This document shows positions 36,563-51,399 of a stretch of 64,000 bases of DNA, one piece after another. The notes beneath the pieces are model-generated. The model was given only the letters and a program-made list of their open reading frames with translations, ran no database searches and was not told the DNA's origin. Location: positions 15,205,397-15,269,396 of the forward strand of contig JAUZTB010000069.1 in NCBI GenBank assembly GCA_034780895.1, given 5' to 3'. Origin of the DNA: Rhynchobatus australiae. Taxonomy: Eukaryota. Within the stretch, counting starts at the first letter, position 1, and each line of letters starts with the position of its first letter. The position numbers and the translations under genes are program-made.

Positions 36563-38637
36563 CAATGGCTTTAACTGGTGTTCCCACTCCCAACAGTGGA
36601 TCTCTGCTGATACAGCCAGACAATACACTGTGTGGTTTGTAGCACTGGAAGCTGTAATCATTATAATTAATAGATGGTACACCTATTAAATTACAATCCC
36701 ACACTACCATACCTTCCATCACTTTGTATTCAGCTCCTCTGGGATTAACATTACTAACATCCTATTCTTGCAGTAATAACAAGGTGTAGTAATGAGTTGA
36801 GAATGAAATGGGCAGATAAAAGAGAAAAAACTAAGTAGGCCTGGAAGGCAAACACTGAGGTTAAACAGGATGTCATGATATATTATGACATCAGCTACAT
36901 TGAGTGCCTGAGGAAGTGCTGCAGAGCAGTTAATGAATGAGATTGCACAATGCAAAGAGAGACGCTTTAGAGAGAAAGGAGATGCAGGTATTTTCTGGAA
37001 GTGCTTGATCCACCCAAGTTCTGTGACAATAGACGGTGTTTCATTAACCAAAGTCAGCCATTGCAGGCATCACTGAATCTCCGTGCCTGGAAGGCTGCAT
37101 GCACAGAGCAAACTGATTACTTTACTAAGTACTTCTGACAACAGCACCTATTTCCATTTCTACACTGTTTTTAAACATGGAATAGAAACATCCCAAGGTG
37201 CTTCAGACATCAACACTCGCGGGTGCTGGTATTTAGTCCTTAATTTATTAACGACAGAAATGTATCCCATTCACACAAACTCCCTGCCCAGTAACAATGT
37301 GGCTGGATGAGTGTGGAAATGGGGAGGGATGGATAATGGTTGGGTATCAATCATGAGGCTGCAGTTTCTTCAGATTGCATTTTGATTTTTGTGCTGATAG
37401 TTTTGAAGCTGCTGCCAACTAATGTATGTAGTTAATGTAATTACTCCATGTCAGTGCAAGGGCAGAGCTGACAACCCAAACTATGATTTATGNNNNNNNN
37501 NNNNNNNNNNNNNNNNNNNNNNNNNNNNNNNNNNNNNNNNNNNNNNNNNNNNNNNNNNNNNNNNNNNNNNNNNNNNNNNNNNNNNNNNNNNNNNNNNNNN
37601 NNNNNNNNNNNNNNNNNNNNNNNNNNNNNNNNNNNNNNNNNNNNNNNNNNNNNNNNNNNNNNNNNNNNNNNNNNNNNNNNNNNNNNNNNNNNNNNNNNNN
37701 NNNNNNNNNNNNNNNNNNNNNNNNNNNNNNNNNNNNNNNNNNNNNNNNNNNNNNNAGAATGGGAAGGGTGACAGCCATGACTCAATTGACAGCCCTACTG
37801 CCTCTGGGATTGTGGTTCAGGGCACATTCCACTGACTTGGTAACTCAGCTGCCCTTCGCTGTCCATTACCAAGGGGGTGCTGCACTGGTGGAGACATTGC
37901 CTTTCAAATGAACTGTTAAACTGAGACCCCATCCACCCCACTGGCAGGCTCCAAGTATCTCAAGGCCACTATTTTAAGGAAGAATGGAGTTCTTTCTAAC
38001 ATTTATTCACTCAACCAACATAAGTAAAAGAGAGCATCTGTATGATTAAAATAAATTCTGGGGAAACCCTTGGGGCAAATGGACAAAAATCCTAAAAGTC
38101 AGACAGTCTAAGTCTACATTACATATAGACTTTCACACTATCCCAGCAATCTCAGTGCTCAAGCAACTAAGGTCACAGATGTAAAGGAGGAAACACAGCA
38201 GCTAATTTGTGGGCAAGAAGCCCTCACAAACTGCAATGTGGTGCTATTCTAAATATGTTAATAGGGAACTGGGGTAAGTCCCTTGCCCTTCTACAAAATA
38301 ATCTCATTGGATCTTTTACGTCCACCATGGATAGATAATGAAGCCTTGCTACAGCATTTTACCCGAGATTAGGTTGGTAGGTGTAATAGGCGAGTACAAA
38401 GGCCAGTGTGGATGTGGTAGGCTAAAGGACCTGTTTCTTTGCTGTATGACTCTCTGACTGAAAGACAGCACCTCTAACATAGCAGTGCTCCTCAACACTC
38501 CACTGGAGGGTCAAACTGGATTTTTGTGCTAATGTGTAGACAGGGCTTTGACTTAGATGGCCTTCTGCCTTACAGGTAAGAGTACAACGCAACCATAGCT
38601 AACACTGGTAATGACTGGAGTATCAATAATTGGCAAA

Positions 38638-38661
38638 CCATCCAATGGATCCATTGGATGG
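38638..38661. repeat. Perfect 24-bp palindrome
   Basis: ccatccaatggatccattggatgg equals its own reverse complement. Confidence 0.95.
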
Positions 38662-38703
38662 ATATCCAATGGATACAGGATCCATCTCTTTAAATCCAAG
38701 TAT

Positions 38704-38725
38704 TGTGTGTGTGTGTGTGTGTGTG
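38704..38725. repeat. (TG)11 microsatellite
   Basis: Read directly from the sequence. Confidence 0.95.
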
Positions 38726-41022
38726 GTTCTGTTTATTAACCACTATAAAGTAGATGGCACCCAATATGCCTCCAAAGGAGAAAGGGCAGATTGGAGGAAG
38801 GGAAATGCAGCAAATGTCTTGAGTTTTAGTTCTTATGGTAATCAGCACTGTTTCATGTCAACCCCAATATAACATTGCTGTTGCAAGATATCCCCATCAA
38901 TACAGTATTTCTTATTTTTGTAAAATCTACATTTAACTCTATCAATGAGCTCTGAGAGCCTTTAGCTGTGTGAGTAAGTGAGCTTTGTTTAAACAATGTA
39001 GGAGTATGTACAGCCATCACACAGTTTCTGCTTTCCAGTTTAATGAATATTATCACTGGAGCAACAAGGCCATTTATTTCAATAAAATGAGCAATAATAA
39101 GCCTGTCATTCCAGATTATATTGCTCTTAGGAAAGCTGCTTTCAAACTCTGTCCTTAGCAGGACAAAGAGTTTTATCATGTGTATTCAGTTAACTTTGTA
39201 ATGCTTAACAATTAGAAAAAAAGCAATTAATCACCTCCTGGCCCTTCCAGCAGATAACTTATCACTAGAAAAGCAACAATCAGAAGGTCACACCTTGATG
39301 CACTTCCGTAGCTCAAGATTATGACAATGAAAGCAAATACAGGGACCAGGAAAGAGTGTTGATTATCCCAATGTAACCTATTGTATTATTTTTGTAATTA
39401 GAAGGATTGACCACACCTACCAAATTAGATGGGGCCTCAGGGGTCCTGTGGAAGATTGAAGGAGTTGATTTGATCAAAGTGTTTAAAATGTTGAAAGGAA
39501 CCAAGGCAGAGGAAGACAAAAATGAGGGGCAGCACAAAATTAGACCAAATCTTAAAGCAATTCATCATGCTGTTCTTTAAATAGTGGCTATGGTATATTT
39601 TAATTTCCGGCTGAGATATGGGACAAGGCCATGTTTTAGTAACACATCTTCCATGGAGCACTCTCCCAACATTTCACTGACGTGTCAGCCTAGATTTTTT
39701 GCTCTAGAATAAGTGGGCCCTGCCCTCCAACTCACTAGAATTCCACTTGTCCACATACGAAACCCATCCATCAGTTAACTGAACTATGGAAAATGTTGTA
39801 AGGGTGTTCCTTCACAAAGTCAGTGTGGATCAATGGATCAATTGCATCAATAGCACACCCAGAGAAGAGGGCAGAGGCCATGTGCTCTGCAATGTGTGAC
39901 TCACCACCTAATCCCCCAAAGGATCTCCACCATCTGCAGGTTTCAAGGCACGAATGTATCAAGATGGGTGCAGTTCCAACAACACTTGAAGCTTGATAGC
40001 ATCTACAGCAGAGAAGTTAACTTCGTACTCTGTCACCAGTGTGTTGTAGCCATATAAGTACAATCAACAAGTTGCACATCAACTATTTGCCAAGCTTACT
40101 TTAACAGTAGCTCCCTTCTCTGCACTAACAACAGCAGGGCCACCACCATCCTCACCTTCCTGACTTTGTGGGTTCATTAACCATTAATGAACATTAAGTA
40201 CTAGGTGAATAGATTTTGGGACAGCAAAGGAATGTGAGATATGTGGTTAGGATGGGAAAGTGCCCTTGATCGTTGTGAGAATTTGCTGTGCACAAATTGA
40301 ATGCTGTATGCCCCACATTACAACAGTGACCAAAATTCAGAAGCACTTAATTGACTGGCCTCCTGAGATTATTAAAGGTGCCTTACACCTTTTTCTCGTC
40401 CCCACTGTGACTTGGCGAGGATACTAGAATTTCCTACTCTGAGGGACTAATGTCACCAAAAGGGGTTCAGGATAAAGATGCTCCACTATCTTTGCAAGCA
40501 AACTAAGTGTGAGCAATAACTGGACCTCAACTGGAAGTGAAACCTCTGGTTTACACAGAATAGCATACACAGCAGTTTTCAAGACTGATAGTCAAAATGT
40601 TGTTCGGTAATAGTCATAGATTATGAACCCTGATTAAGAGCATCCGGCCTTTCATTGGCCCAACTAACATTCATTTAATACTACATGACCTATAAACTGG
40701 GAAGATGATCACGACCAAGTAGGGTTAAAATAAATGTAAATGTTATTCACTGCAGCAAACAAAATCCTCAGGAAATACTTATCAAACAAATCTGGTCAAA
40801 AAATGGAGCATTTTCTTTCCTGAAAGACTAATCTACTTCATAGCAAAATGACTATTATTGCTGAGATATATGAAAGATAAAGCATTATGCAGCACTTCCT
40901 TTAACTTCTCCATTAACACAGAATAACAATGAACAGCCAAAGAACAAATGTTTCAAGACTTCAAAATTCTTCAATTGTAACACAGAATAGAAGCCAGTTT
41001 GATGTAAAGTGAATATTTTAAT

Positions 41023-41452
41023 AGATAGAAACATAGAAAAACTACAGCACAATTCAGGCCCTTTGGCCAACAAAGCTGTGCCGAACATGTCCCTACCCTA
41101 GAAATTACTAGGCTTACCCATAGCCCTCTATTTTACTCAGCTCCATNNNNNNNNNNNNNNNNNNNNNNNNNNNNNNNNNNNNNNNNNNNNNNNNNNNNNN
41201 NNNNNNNNNNNNNNNNNNNNNNNNNNNNNNNNNNNNNNNNNNNNNNCCTGCCTGAGAGGCTCATAATTCCCTTTACTCCAATTAAACACCTTTCTAGTCT
41301 ACCTGTTCCTATCTCTCTCCATTGCTAACATAAAGGAGATAGAACTATCACCAAAATGTTCACCCACTGAGAAGCTCTGATACCTGACCAGGTTCATTTC
41401 CCAGTACCAGATCAAACACAGCCTCTCCCCTTGTAGGACTATCTACATACTG
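41023..41452 (-). mobile_element. CR1 LINE: 3' tail, 100-N gap, endonuclease fragment
   Basis: (ATAGAAAC)n tail and aggccctttggcc; after the gap the minus strand reads QYVDSPTRGEAVFDLVLGNEPGQV. Confidence 0.85.
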
Positions 41453-41488
41453 AGTCATACTATCTACATACTGAGTCATACTGAGTCA
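41438..41488. repeat. 21-bp tandem duplication plus a partial third unit
   Basis: actatctacatactgagtcat twice, then actgagtca. Confidence 0.95.
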
Positions 41489-44400
41489 GATAGAAAAGGA
41501 GATCTTATATTAACTAACATGTTCTCTGATTTCAGGATATGCCAAAGTACTTTGCAGCCGATGAAATATTCTTGATGTGTAGTTGCTGTTGTAATGTAGG
41601 AAATAAGGCAGCAAACTCAAACTGCCATGAACAGATAAAGCGATAGCATCTGGTTTAGGTGAGGTAGACATATCAAATGGGACATGAGGAATCAATACAC
41701 CATTCTTTTCCAAACTAATGCCAGTGGCCTTTTACATCCATCTGAGAGGGCTGATGCAACTTAAGTTAATGTCTCATCTGGATGATGGCTCCTCAACAAT
41801 GTTGGTCTCCCTCAGCACAGCACTAGTGTGTCAACCTACAAATAGAGATGACAGTGGAAAAGGTAGAACTGCAGATCAGAAAAGCAATGGGTTACAACTT
41901 AATTCAAGAAAGAGTAAAATGTCAATCAGTCCATTCTGCCTGCCACTCCTTCCACATACAGTCTGCAAGATAAACCTTCCTTGTAAGTACTTGTTATCAA
42001 AGGAACTCATGTCGCCCCCTCATCTCCACCTTTCCATCCTGACTTCCCTTCCTTCAGACAACTCTACACATTCCTTATCCTTGCTCAGGACCACTGCCTC
42101 CATCTCAGTCTATTTCAGTAATAGTCAATGGTTGGCAATCCCAGAGCAGTATGGGAGGATCTTCCACCTGGAATGTGAACTCAGTTGCTCTTTCCACAAT
42201 TGCAGCCTGTCCTGCTGAGTGTTTCTGGTATTTTATTTTTAGTATTGAAGGTGTGGTCCACAGCTGGAGATGATACTTTTAGATGAGATGTTAACCCTTG
42301 CTGCTGCAGATAAAACATTCCATAGACTATTTTGAATAAGACAAGGAGATATCCTGTTTCCCATCCAATGTTTAACCCTTTACCCAATCTAACTAAAAAA
42401 AAATGGACTGGGCTGGATTTTGCATGGAGATTTTGTCAATTCCACATGGAACAGTTACTGTTTTGACTCAGGTGTCACCAAGTCTGGGATTTCTACGCTC
42501 ACGCATGCTGTGCAGAAAACCCAAACTTGCTGACAGGTGTTTGCTGGTGATTCTACAACTGCATTCTGATGCTGCATTCCTCATGACATTCAATGACAAA
42601 CTGCAACTCCAGGGGATGTTTTGTTATGATCTGATACTGGCCACGAACAGGGATCTCATCTTCTGTTGGCCAAGAGGAACTAAATGTTTGTACATTGGTC
42701 AGGAAAATGCTCGTCTACAATATGAACTTTAAAATTGAACGAAATCACATGTAACTATGCTCAGGATATAATTACCACTGCATGAATTGTGAATTTTCAT
42801 GCAGCCTAGCACTCTGTATTTGGATGGCTTCTGTGCCTATGATCGAATAATCTGGTGAATAAAGGAATTTGAGTCTTGACTGACTATTGTGGGTGTGGAC
42901 TGAACTCCCACAATTGGAGGGAACAAACAAGTTTCATGGTCAGCTAAATGGCAAATTCTGAGAAGCAATATTCTGCTCACATTGGCTCCTCATTTGCAGA
43001 AACATTATAAATTCTGATCCAAAAAATGAGCCTTTCAAATACTTTAAATGAGTCATCTTTAAATATACATTAGCTCTATTTTAAACACTGGTACAATCCA
43101 CCATTCACCACTCCATCATTACAGCAGCAGGCACTTCAGAGCATTCTTACTCACATCCCACATACCACCACACACCCCTGAGAATAATGGCTTCTAATAC
43201 AGCCTTCAATACGTTTATTATTAATAGTTCCCTACTTTCCCCATGCATTCCTGCTCTCCTGCAGTCACTGGATCATGCTGTCTACTTTTTAAAATAACCT
43301 GAGACTGTTAAAGACTCTGGCCAAGTGGCCAATCTTTACATGCGAATCCAGGAGTATGGGTAGTCATTCATCAGTGGGGATTTCACAAGTAAGCTTGGTC
43401 CTGACCGTTACACTTCCAGTCGGCACACTTGACAAGAACAGAAATTGATACAGTACACCTCCTGTGTTACTAGAAAATAGTCCATATTGCAATTTTCCAT
43501 AACATGAACCTGTAACAAAAACCAACAAATTTGTTGTTTCTTTCGCATTTTGTGTTTATTTAGTTAATTTTTCACACAAGTTCCATAACAGTGAATTTTT
43601 ATTCTGCATCTCAAATTTTTTGGTAGTGATTTGTGAATGAATTCCCATAACACAGGTACATTGTACTCTTATTTTCCCCACCATTTCTTAGAGGAATCAA
43701 CACTAATTGCAGCAGCCAAACTCCAATGCAACCTCACTCAGCATGAACTGGGAATCAAACGCAGGCTGAGTGGGGAACCAAGTGATGCAATCACCCCACA
43801 CATCCACTCTGTGCGCTGCAGCCATCTTCCCTATATACAAAATAAGGTGCATCTTCAAATGGGCCTTTGCCATGACACATGCTGAAGTATTGGAGTCAAA
43901 GTTCTAGCAGTCATTGCTTATAGCTCTGTCCAAAAGCAAGGACAAACCTTTACACCATTTACATATCCCAAAGCAATTCACTTTTGAAGTGCAGTCAGTG
44001 TTGTAAAGGGAAATACTGCAACACAAAAAGATCACACATTTTAGATTAGGGATATCTACCAGCCTTGCCACACTTATTAGAATCATGATCCTGTGACCTT
44101 TTACATCCATCAAGGTGGCAAATGAGGCTTCTGACAGGTCCCACTGTGGTCTGAACTCAATGCCACATCTTTCAGAGTTCTTTCTCCAATCCTTTAAAAG
44201 AAACGGCCTGAATTGGTAAGCTGGTCCATGTTACACCGGTGTTGTTGCACGAGATTAACTTTGCACAGCAAGGCTTTTTATCAGCACTGGGCTTGTGGTG
44301 AGAGTTTCCTGACACTAGACTGGGTTCCCTTTCCAAGCATTGCTAATTTTTGATTTCTCTTTTCTTTTTGTGTTATTACACAGGAAGGGGATATTCCTGC

Positions 44401-47400
44401 CTCAATAGGTCACAGTGGGGCAATTCCTAATTTATACATCCAGTCTCTGATACTCACTTCTCTTTCTTTCAGTGAAAAAAGAATTTCATAGTGCTCCTCG
44501 AGATCTTGCTATTTAGTTACTCGCTTACGAGTTCCATATGGCCCAGCTTAGTTCATTTCCCTTCTTTTTAACATCAAGGCTCTAAACAATAACTGATTGA
44601 TAGCAATAGGGAATCTATTGTTCAATTCTAGAGTTTGTAAGTTAGATCACTGCCGATCTGCATCTTATACCTCATCCACCCAACTTTGATTTCACATCTA
44701 TTTATGCCATCACATGACAAAAGCCTAGTACTTTTGTTTACATTTAAATTTTCTATTGTTCCATGTTTCAACAGCACTTTTNNNNNNNNNNNNNNNNNNN
44801 NNNNNNNNNNNNNNNNNNNNNNNNNNNNNNNNNNNNNNNNNNNNNNNNNNNNNNNNNNNNNNNNNNNNNNNNNNNNNNNNNNNNNNNNNNNNNNNNNNNN
44901 NNNNNNNNNNNNNNNNNNNNNNNNNNNNNNNNNNNNNNNNNNNNNNTTTTCAATAAGTTTCAGTCAGTGAGATCAGCCTTAGGTACAGAACATTGCTGTA
45001 GGGGGAAAAAGCTGCAAGAGTTGACATGGATGGGAAGTTGCATCTTCTTACTTATTCTTAAATGTCAGTTCTGGGCTGATTTTCAATTCCTACCCAGCAG
45101 TGCTAGTGGTTTCTCTTCAGAAACAGTGGCAAATTTGGGCTAAAGTTTGTGAATTCCAGTTTTCATAGTCTTTTTGCACATTAGCTAATTTTAAAATCCT
45201 TAGGTTTTTAAATTGCTCCATCATGCAGCACTCCTTAAGCTGTAGCCTCCCTCAGCCCAACAATCCACTGAGATCTGTGTTCCTTTAATTCTGATCTGCA
45301 TCCCAATTTTAATCACTCCCCCACTGGCTACAGCTGATGAGACCTTACACTTTTCTTTCCACTGTCCAACTGCTGAAAACCAACCTCTTTGACCAATCTT
45401 TTAAATATATCCCAACATTTATTTACGTGGATTGGCATCAAATTTTCTTCGATAAATGTTCCTGTGAATGTTGATGTTTTCAAAATAAAACCTGGAGATA
45501 TTAACATTCAAATCTTATAGTAAAATAATAGTTCTTCCAATCAGCACCCTCTCAAGTCCCTTTGCTGCTCAACTTAGTTTTGGTATCTGACCATAATCAT
45601 TCATTCTTCCAAACAATTCTGGACAAGTAAACAACTTAGTTATGTAGCACCATTAACAGTATGCTCCACAGAGGCACTATGCTAAAAAGTCATTCATAGG
45701 CCAGTGGAGGATATACTGGATGGGTTTTCAGGACTTCATGAGGATTGAGAGCATTGGGGAGATAATGTTTTGATATCATGAATTCTAGATTTTCAACCTT
45801 GTAGGCTTTTTAAGCTGGGAGAGAGGGAGGATGAAATATAAATGGAATATAAATGCTCTGACACTGAAATGATTATATGTTATCAGTTCGGTGATGCAAA
45901 ACCTTTCCTAACAGTGCACAATGTTGAAAAGCATAAAACGTGCCTTTTCAAATGACAGGTTATCTTTATTATGGGAACACACTTCCATTGTTAATGACAT
46001 GGGATTATAAAGAAGTGAGGAGAAGCTAGTGTCAGATGGCCTTTCATGGAAGGGGAACTTAAATACGTCACAATCCCAAGGGTGAGAGTTTTTGAACTTG
46101 AGCCAATGACAGTGAGGCAGGGGGTGGTGGATGAGGAAGACTGGTGCATGATTCATGACAATGAGTGTTGAAGCTTGAATAACACAAAGCCAGTCAGGGG
46201 AAGTTGAGAATGCTCGAGTCTGGGGTGATTAGGATGCAGATGAGGTATTCTAGTTGCAGTGAAACTTTCAATCATCAACCTACAGAGCCATGTGAAAACA
46301 TAATAAAAAAGAATCTTAATATATGAAAAATTCACCTGTGCTAATTGGCTATCTTAAATTCACTCTATTCTTGAGTCTTTTCCCGTTCATTATTTTGCTG
46401 TTTTAAGTAATTAGTACAGGTTTTTCTTTGCGGAGTAACAGTCCTTAATTTAAATGTATAAGTGTAATTTGGACAGCACTGTATATGAAGCTNNNNNNNN
46501 NNNNNNNNNNNNNNNNNNNNNNNNNNNNNNNNNNNNNNNNNNNNNNNNNNNNNNNNNNNNNNNNNNNNNNNNNNNNNNNNNNNNNNNNNNNNNNNNNNNN
46601 NNNNNNNNNNNNNNNNNNNNNNNNNNNNNNNNNNNNNNNNNNNNNNNNNNNNNNNNNNNNNNNNNNNNNNNNNNNNNNNNNNNNNNNNNNNNNNNNNNNN
46701 NNNNNNNNNNNNNNNNNNNNNNNNNNNNNNNNNNNNNNNNNNNNNNNNNNNNNNNNNNNNNNNNNNNNNNNNNNNNNNNNNNNNNNNNNNNNNNNNNNNN
46801 NNNNNNNNNNNNNNNNNNNNNNNNNNNNNNNNNNNNNNNNNNNNNNNNNNNNNNNNNNNNNNNNNNNNNNNNNNNNNNNNNNNNNNNNNNNNNNNNNNNN
46901 NNNNNNNNNNNNNNNNNNNNNNNNNNNNNNNNNNNNNNNNNNNNNNNNNNNNNNNNNNNNNNNNNNNNNNNNNNNNNNNNNNNNNNNNNNNNNNNNNNNN
47001 NNNNNNNNNNNNNNNNNNNNNNNNNNNNNNNNNNNNNNNNNNNNNNNNNNNNNNNNNNNGACAGGTTATCTTTATTATGGGAACACACTTCCTCTGTGCA
47101 AAAAGCACCTAGAAATCTGTGCAGCAATTGAATTACTTTTTTTCCTGTATGGAGAGAAGCTAAAGCTGTTCATATCCTTCATATATAGCCATCACATTGG
47201 GATATGAGGGTTTCTCACACTACAATGGAGACACAGAGAGAGATCAGGATGGTGTAGTAATGCCAGATGAAGCACACTCCAACTCTGTGTGCCTTTTATG
47301 ACCCTGATGTTCCAGATGATTTACAACTAATGCAGTACTCTCAAAGTTTAGGCACTGTTATTTTAGAAAACACGGCAGCAAATTTGAACATATTCATTCT

Positions 47401-50024
47401 ATGGCTCTTGAGAGGCTAATGTTTCAGTGGTGTTGACTGATCAATATTGGGCAGGACACCTGGAAGAACTTTACTGCTCTTCTTCAAATAGTGCTGTGGA
47501 ATCTTTCAATTCTGCCCAAGACTATAGACAGTATCTGGGTTTAAGGTCACATCTGATGGTATAATGCTTCCTTAATACCATACTGGAGGACAGATTTTTC
47601 TAAAGTGACTAATCTACTTTGAAAAACACATGTGCAGCTAATCAGCAATGTGTTGATGTTGCATGTTAAATTATAAAAATTATGAAGGTTTATTGGGAGC
47701 AGCACAAATAGAACAAATGTATTCAGGATCATACTAAAGTGCAGAAGAAGCAGGTCAAAGAAATACACAACCATCACAAAGCACGAAATTAATGAACTAA
47801 CTTTTCCAATCTTCAGTGCTATAAAAGATTAAAATGTTTGGCACTCAAACTATTGGAAATATACAAGAACTTAACAATTAGGTTTCTTTCCCTGTGAATG
47901 AAATTTCATGGCATACATTCTGGTGTATAATTATTAGTGCCAACTGTGTTAGAGTCAAACTAGATTTGAGTCACAATCCACTCAGTTCACAGTATGAATC
48001 ACATCCAACACAATGGTGACAAGCACAGAGAGTATGCAACAGTCATAGATGAACAAGAGGTCAAGGAAACAAAACTTACCCCATCTAAAAAAATAATCAA
48101 TATTCAAAAGACTGTTCGTCTTAAAGAAACAACCACACTAATTATGAGCATATGCTTCCTCTGTGCATAAAGCATCCAAGACATTTGTTGAGCAATTGAA
48201 ACAATATTTCCCAGTGTGAAGAGCAACCACCCGAAATGTTCATCCCACCATTTGGCAAGTGTTCTGCAGCAGCCTCCCTTTTGACTTTAGTACTTCTGGA
48301 ATCAAGCTGCAGTTATATTCTCACTTTCAGCATTAATGCACACACAAAATCAGTCTGTGGCAGTTTAACTACAGACCCCATCATTATTTTAAAAAAGTTT
48401 GACACTGTTCCCCCATTGAGCTCTTCTTTCAATAGCACTATTAAATCTGCTGTTCCCCAATCTACTTGCAGATGTCTGCCAATACAACACGGAGCAGTCT
48501 GGTCTATGCAAAACTAGGTTCAAAAGATGCATTCCCTGAACCTCAAACCATTCTTTTTTACAACTAATGAAACACACACACTTTGCAGTTTTCTTCAATG
48601 AACTTCTTTTTATTTGGATAGCATAATGTCTGATGGAATAGTTTAGGTACCCAGTCATACAAGACTATTGTTGTATGCATGTACTAAACATACATATGAG
48701 CCAATGTAAGCAAATCAGGTGGAGATTTGACCTGCAGCCAACCCACTGGATTGCAGCTCAGAGTTTGAACAGTGAAAGATCTTTCGAGAAATTAGTTAAG
48801 GATTTTTAAATTTACTGTTAATGTTGTCATACATTAAAAATAAGCTTGTTTAAAATGTACTTTACATCCATTGAGGTAAGAAAACAAAACAATAAATCAT
48901 CTCATTCAAGCCGTCATATCTTAGAATTAACTAGACTGTTGACCTGAAAATGTTTTAGACAACTTCATGTGACAAGCAGGTTTATTTCAAAAGTTCATTA
49001 ATTCATTTTCAGACTGTGAAGAGAACAAATCAAATGGATGGAAAGATGTGATTTTGCTATTGTCTACCAAACAATTTGGAGGAGGCTATCTGAAAAACTA
49101 ACTTTTAAAAACTGACAGTGATTTTCTCGCTCCCTCCAAACTCAAAACTCAGGAGCAACACACAAAGTTCTGGAGGAACTCAGCATGTCAGATAGCATCT
49201 ATGGAGGGAAATAAATTGTTTTTTTAAAAAAAGCCTTCATTTTGTGCTGAGATTCAACTTTTTCTCTTCCACAGCAGGCTGTCTCATTCATGTGGGGCCA
49301 AGACAGGATGCTCCAGGATGAAGAGATGTTCTAATATGACTATCAATGAATTGACAACAAGATCGATTGTCACCATTATGCCAACATAATGCTGCTGGAT
49401 TCAAAGGGTAGGGTGACTAAAGCAGTGATTTTNNNATTTACTCAAATGGAAGACAGGCCTGTATCAAATGAAGGGAAACACTAGGAAACTAGCCATTAGG
49501 GAAGGCTAGTTTCATAGCAATTTAAAGGTAAACAATGAATAAAAAACATCCCATTATGACAACTCAAAAAGGATAAGTTGAGTCTGAATAGGAAACACAT
49601 AAATATACATGGGGGAAAATAATTGCTCAAAGTTGGCATACTTAAACTACTTATGAACCAATACAGTGGAAATTCCACATCAACCAGTTTAGAAACCTTG
49701 TTTCCTTTGCAAAGACTTCAGAAATGTCGCAAAAGTTTGAAACAATGCAATAAACTGCCATGTACCAAAACCTTTACGACAAACTGTTTGATACTGCAAC
49801 AGTTAGGGATCACTGTCAGAGTTTCAAATCTTCGATTAACTTGAGGTTTCTCTTCTGCAGCCAGAATACTCTGCCTTATGTCAACTGCATTTCCAAAAAT
49901 AGCCTTATGACCTTAGCAACTGAAGTGTATTTTGTTAACTACATATTGCTCCTCTTTGGAGTTTCTGAAAGTGACTGAGTAAATAGGGAGGAGGATGTCT
50001 ATCTTCTTGAAGCACTTTCACACA

Positions 50025-50820
50025 CTAAGTGGGCAAGGACATTGCAGATGCAACATTATTTAAAAAAAAATGTGAGGTCATCCACTTCAATGCACAAAAC
50101 TGAAAAGCACGAGTACCTTTTAAATGTTGACAGGTTGGGTAATGTTGACGTTCAAATGGGACCTTGGTATCCTTGTACACAAGTCACTGAAAGCCAAGGT
50201 GCAGGTTCTGCAAGCAATTAGGAAGGCAAATGGTATATTAGACTTCATTAGGAGAGAAATTGAATACAGTAGTTGGGAAGTCTTACTTGCACAGGGCCTT
50301 GGTAAGACTACACTTGGAGTATTTTGCACAAGGTGACCATAACCATGCACCTTACTGTTGTGGGAATGCAGCAAAGGTTCCAGGGTTGGTAGGTTTGCCA
50401 TATAAGAGATTGAATAGTCTTGGCCTGTATTTCAGAAAAATGAGCAATGTTCTCATCGAAACCTACAAAACTCTTACAAGGCTTAACAAGACAAAATGCA
50501 GGGAAGATTAGCAGTCTTCAACCAGGGATCACAGTCTCAGAATATTAGGTAGACATTTAGGACTGAAATGAGGAGAAATTTTCTCTCTCAGAAATAGTGA
50601 ATTGTTAGAATTGTCTACTCTGGAGGGCTGTGCAGACTCGGGCATTGAGCTAATTCAAAACAGAACAACAGATTTCTGGTTATTAAAGGGACCAAAGGAT
50701 ATGAGGTTCATGCCAAAGGATATGAGGAACTGAGGTAGAAGATCACCAATGATCTTGATGAATGACAGAGCAAGCGGAAAGGCTCAGATGGACTATTCCT
50801 CCTCCTAATTGTTATGTTCT
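50025..50820 (+). mobile_element. Decayed CR1 LINE 3' ~800 bp
   Basis: DLGILVHKSLK...KANGILDFIRREIEY; ALVRLHLEY; LIETYKTL; CR1 tail. Confidence 0.88.
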
Positions 50821-51399
50821 TTTTAGTATAAACAGAATTCAGGCATTGAAACAATAATTAATTAGGCATCACACAGAGTAATCATCGTCAAGCATTAATA
50901 AATACACCCTTTTCTCATTCTGCAGTTTGTTTGTTTGTGGTTGCAAAACCAAATGCAGCAGACCTTAGCTGATGAGCAGTGAAGAACTTTGTTTGCCAAG
51001 TGAAAACTAGCTCACTATAAAGATTTCAAACATGCTACGAGAAACTGGAGATTTATTTTTCCAAAATTTTGTCTTCCAGCTTTGTAAATGATACTCTTAT
51101 ATGGAAATTCCACAGAGCAAGCTTCCATCAAAATGAGCTGTGCAAAATTCTTTTTTTTTTGCATTGAACAGAATGGATGGATTTAAACCAATCCTTCCAC
51201 CAGCAAATGCACGTAACAGGTAAAATAGTACTTCTTAGATATCACAGAACTTTTGTGAATATCAAAAACATTGGCTAATGAACTTGAGAAAATTATTACA
51301 GTAAATTAAAACCTCTCTCATAACTTTGGTTAAAATTTGGTTATGCTGTTAATAGCTCAAACCATACAAAAGGAATGAAGGAATTAACAAAACTATTCA

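Noticed and set aside
37357-37416. Imperfect hairpin ggctgcagtttc...gaagctgctgcc
   Set aside because: Only about 11 basal pairs, then a large asymmetric bulge; no match to a miRNA I know.
41147-41246. Apparent very short CR1 joining the endonuclease region to the 3' tail
   Set aside because: The 100-N gap is a placeholder that probably hides kilobases of element.
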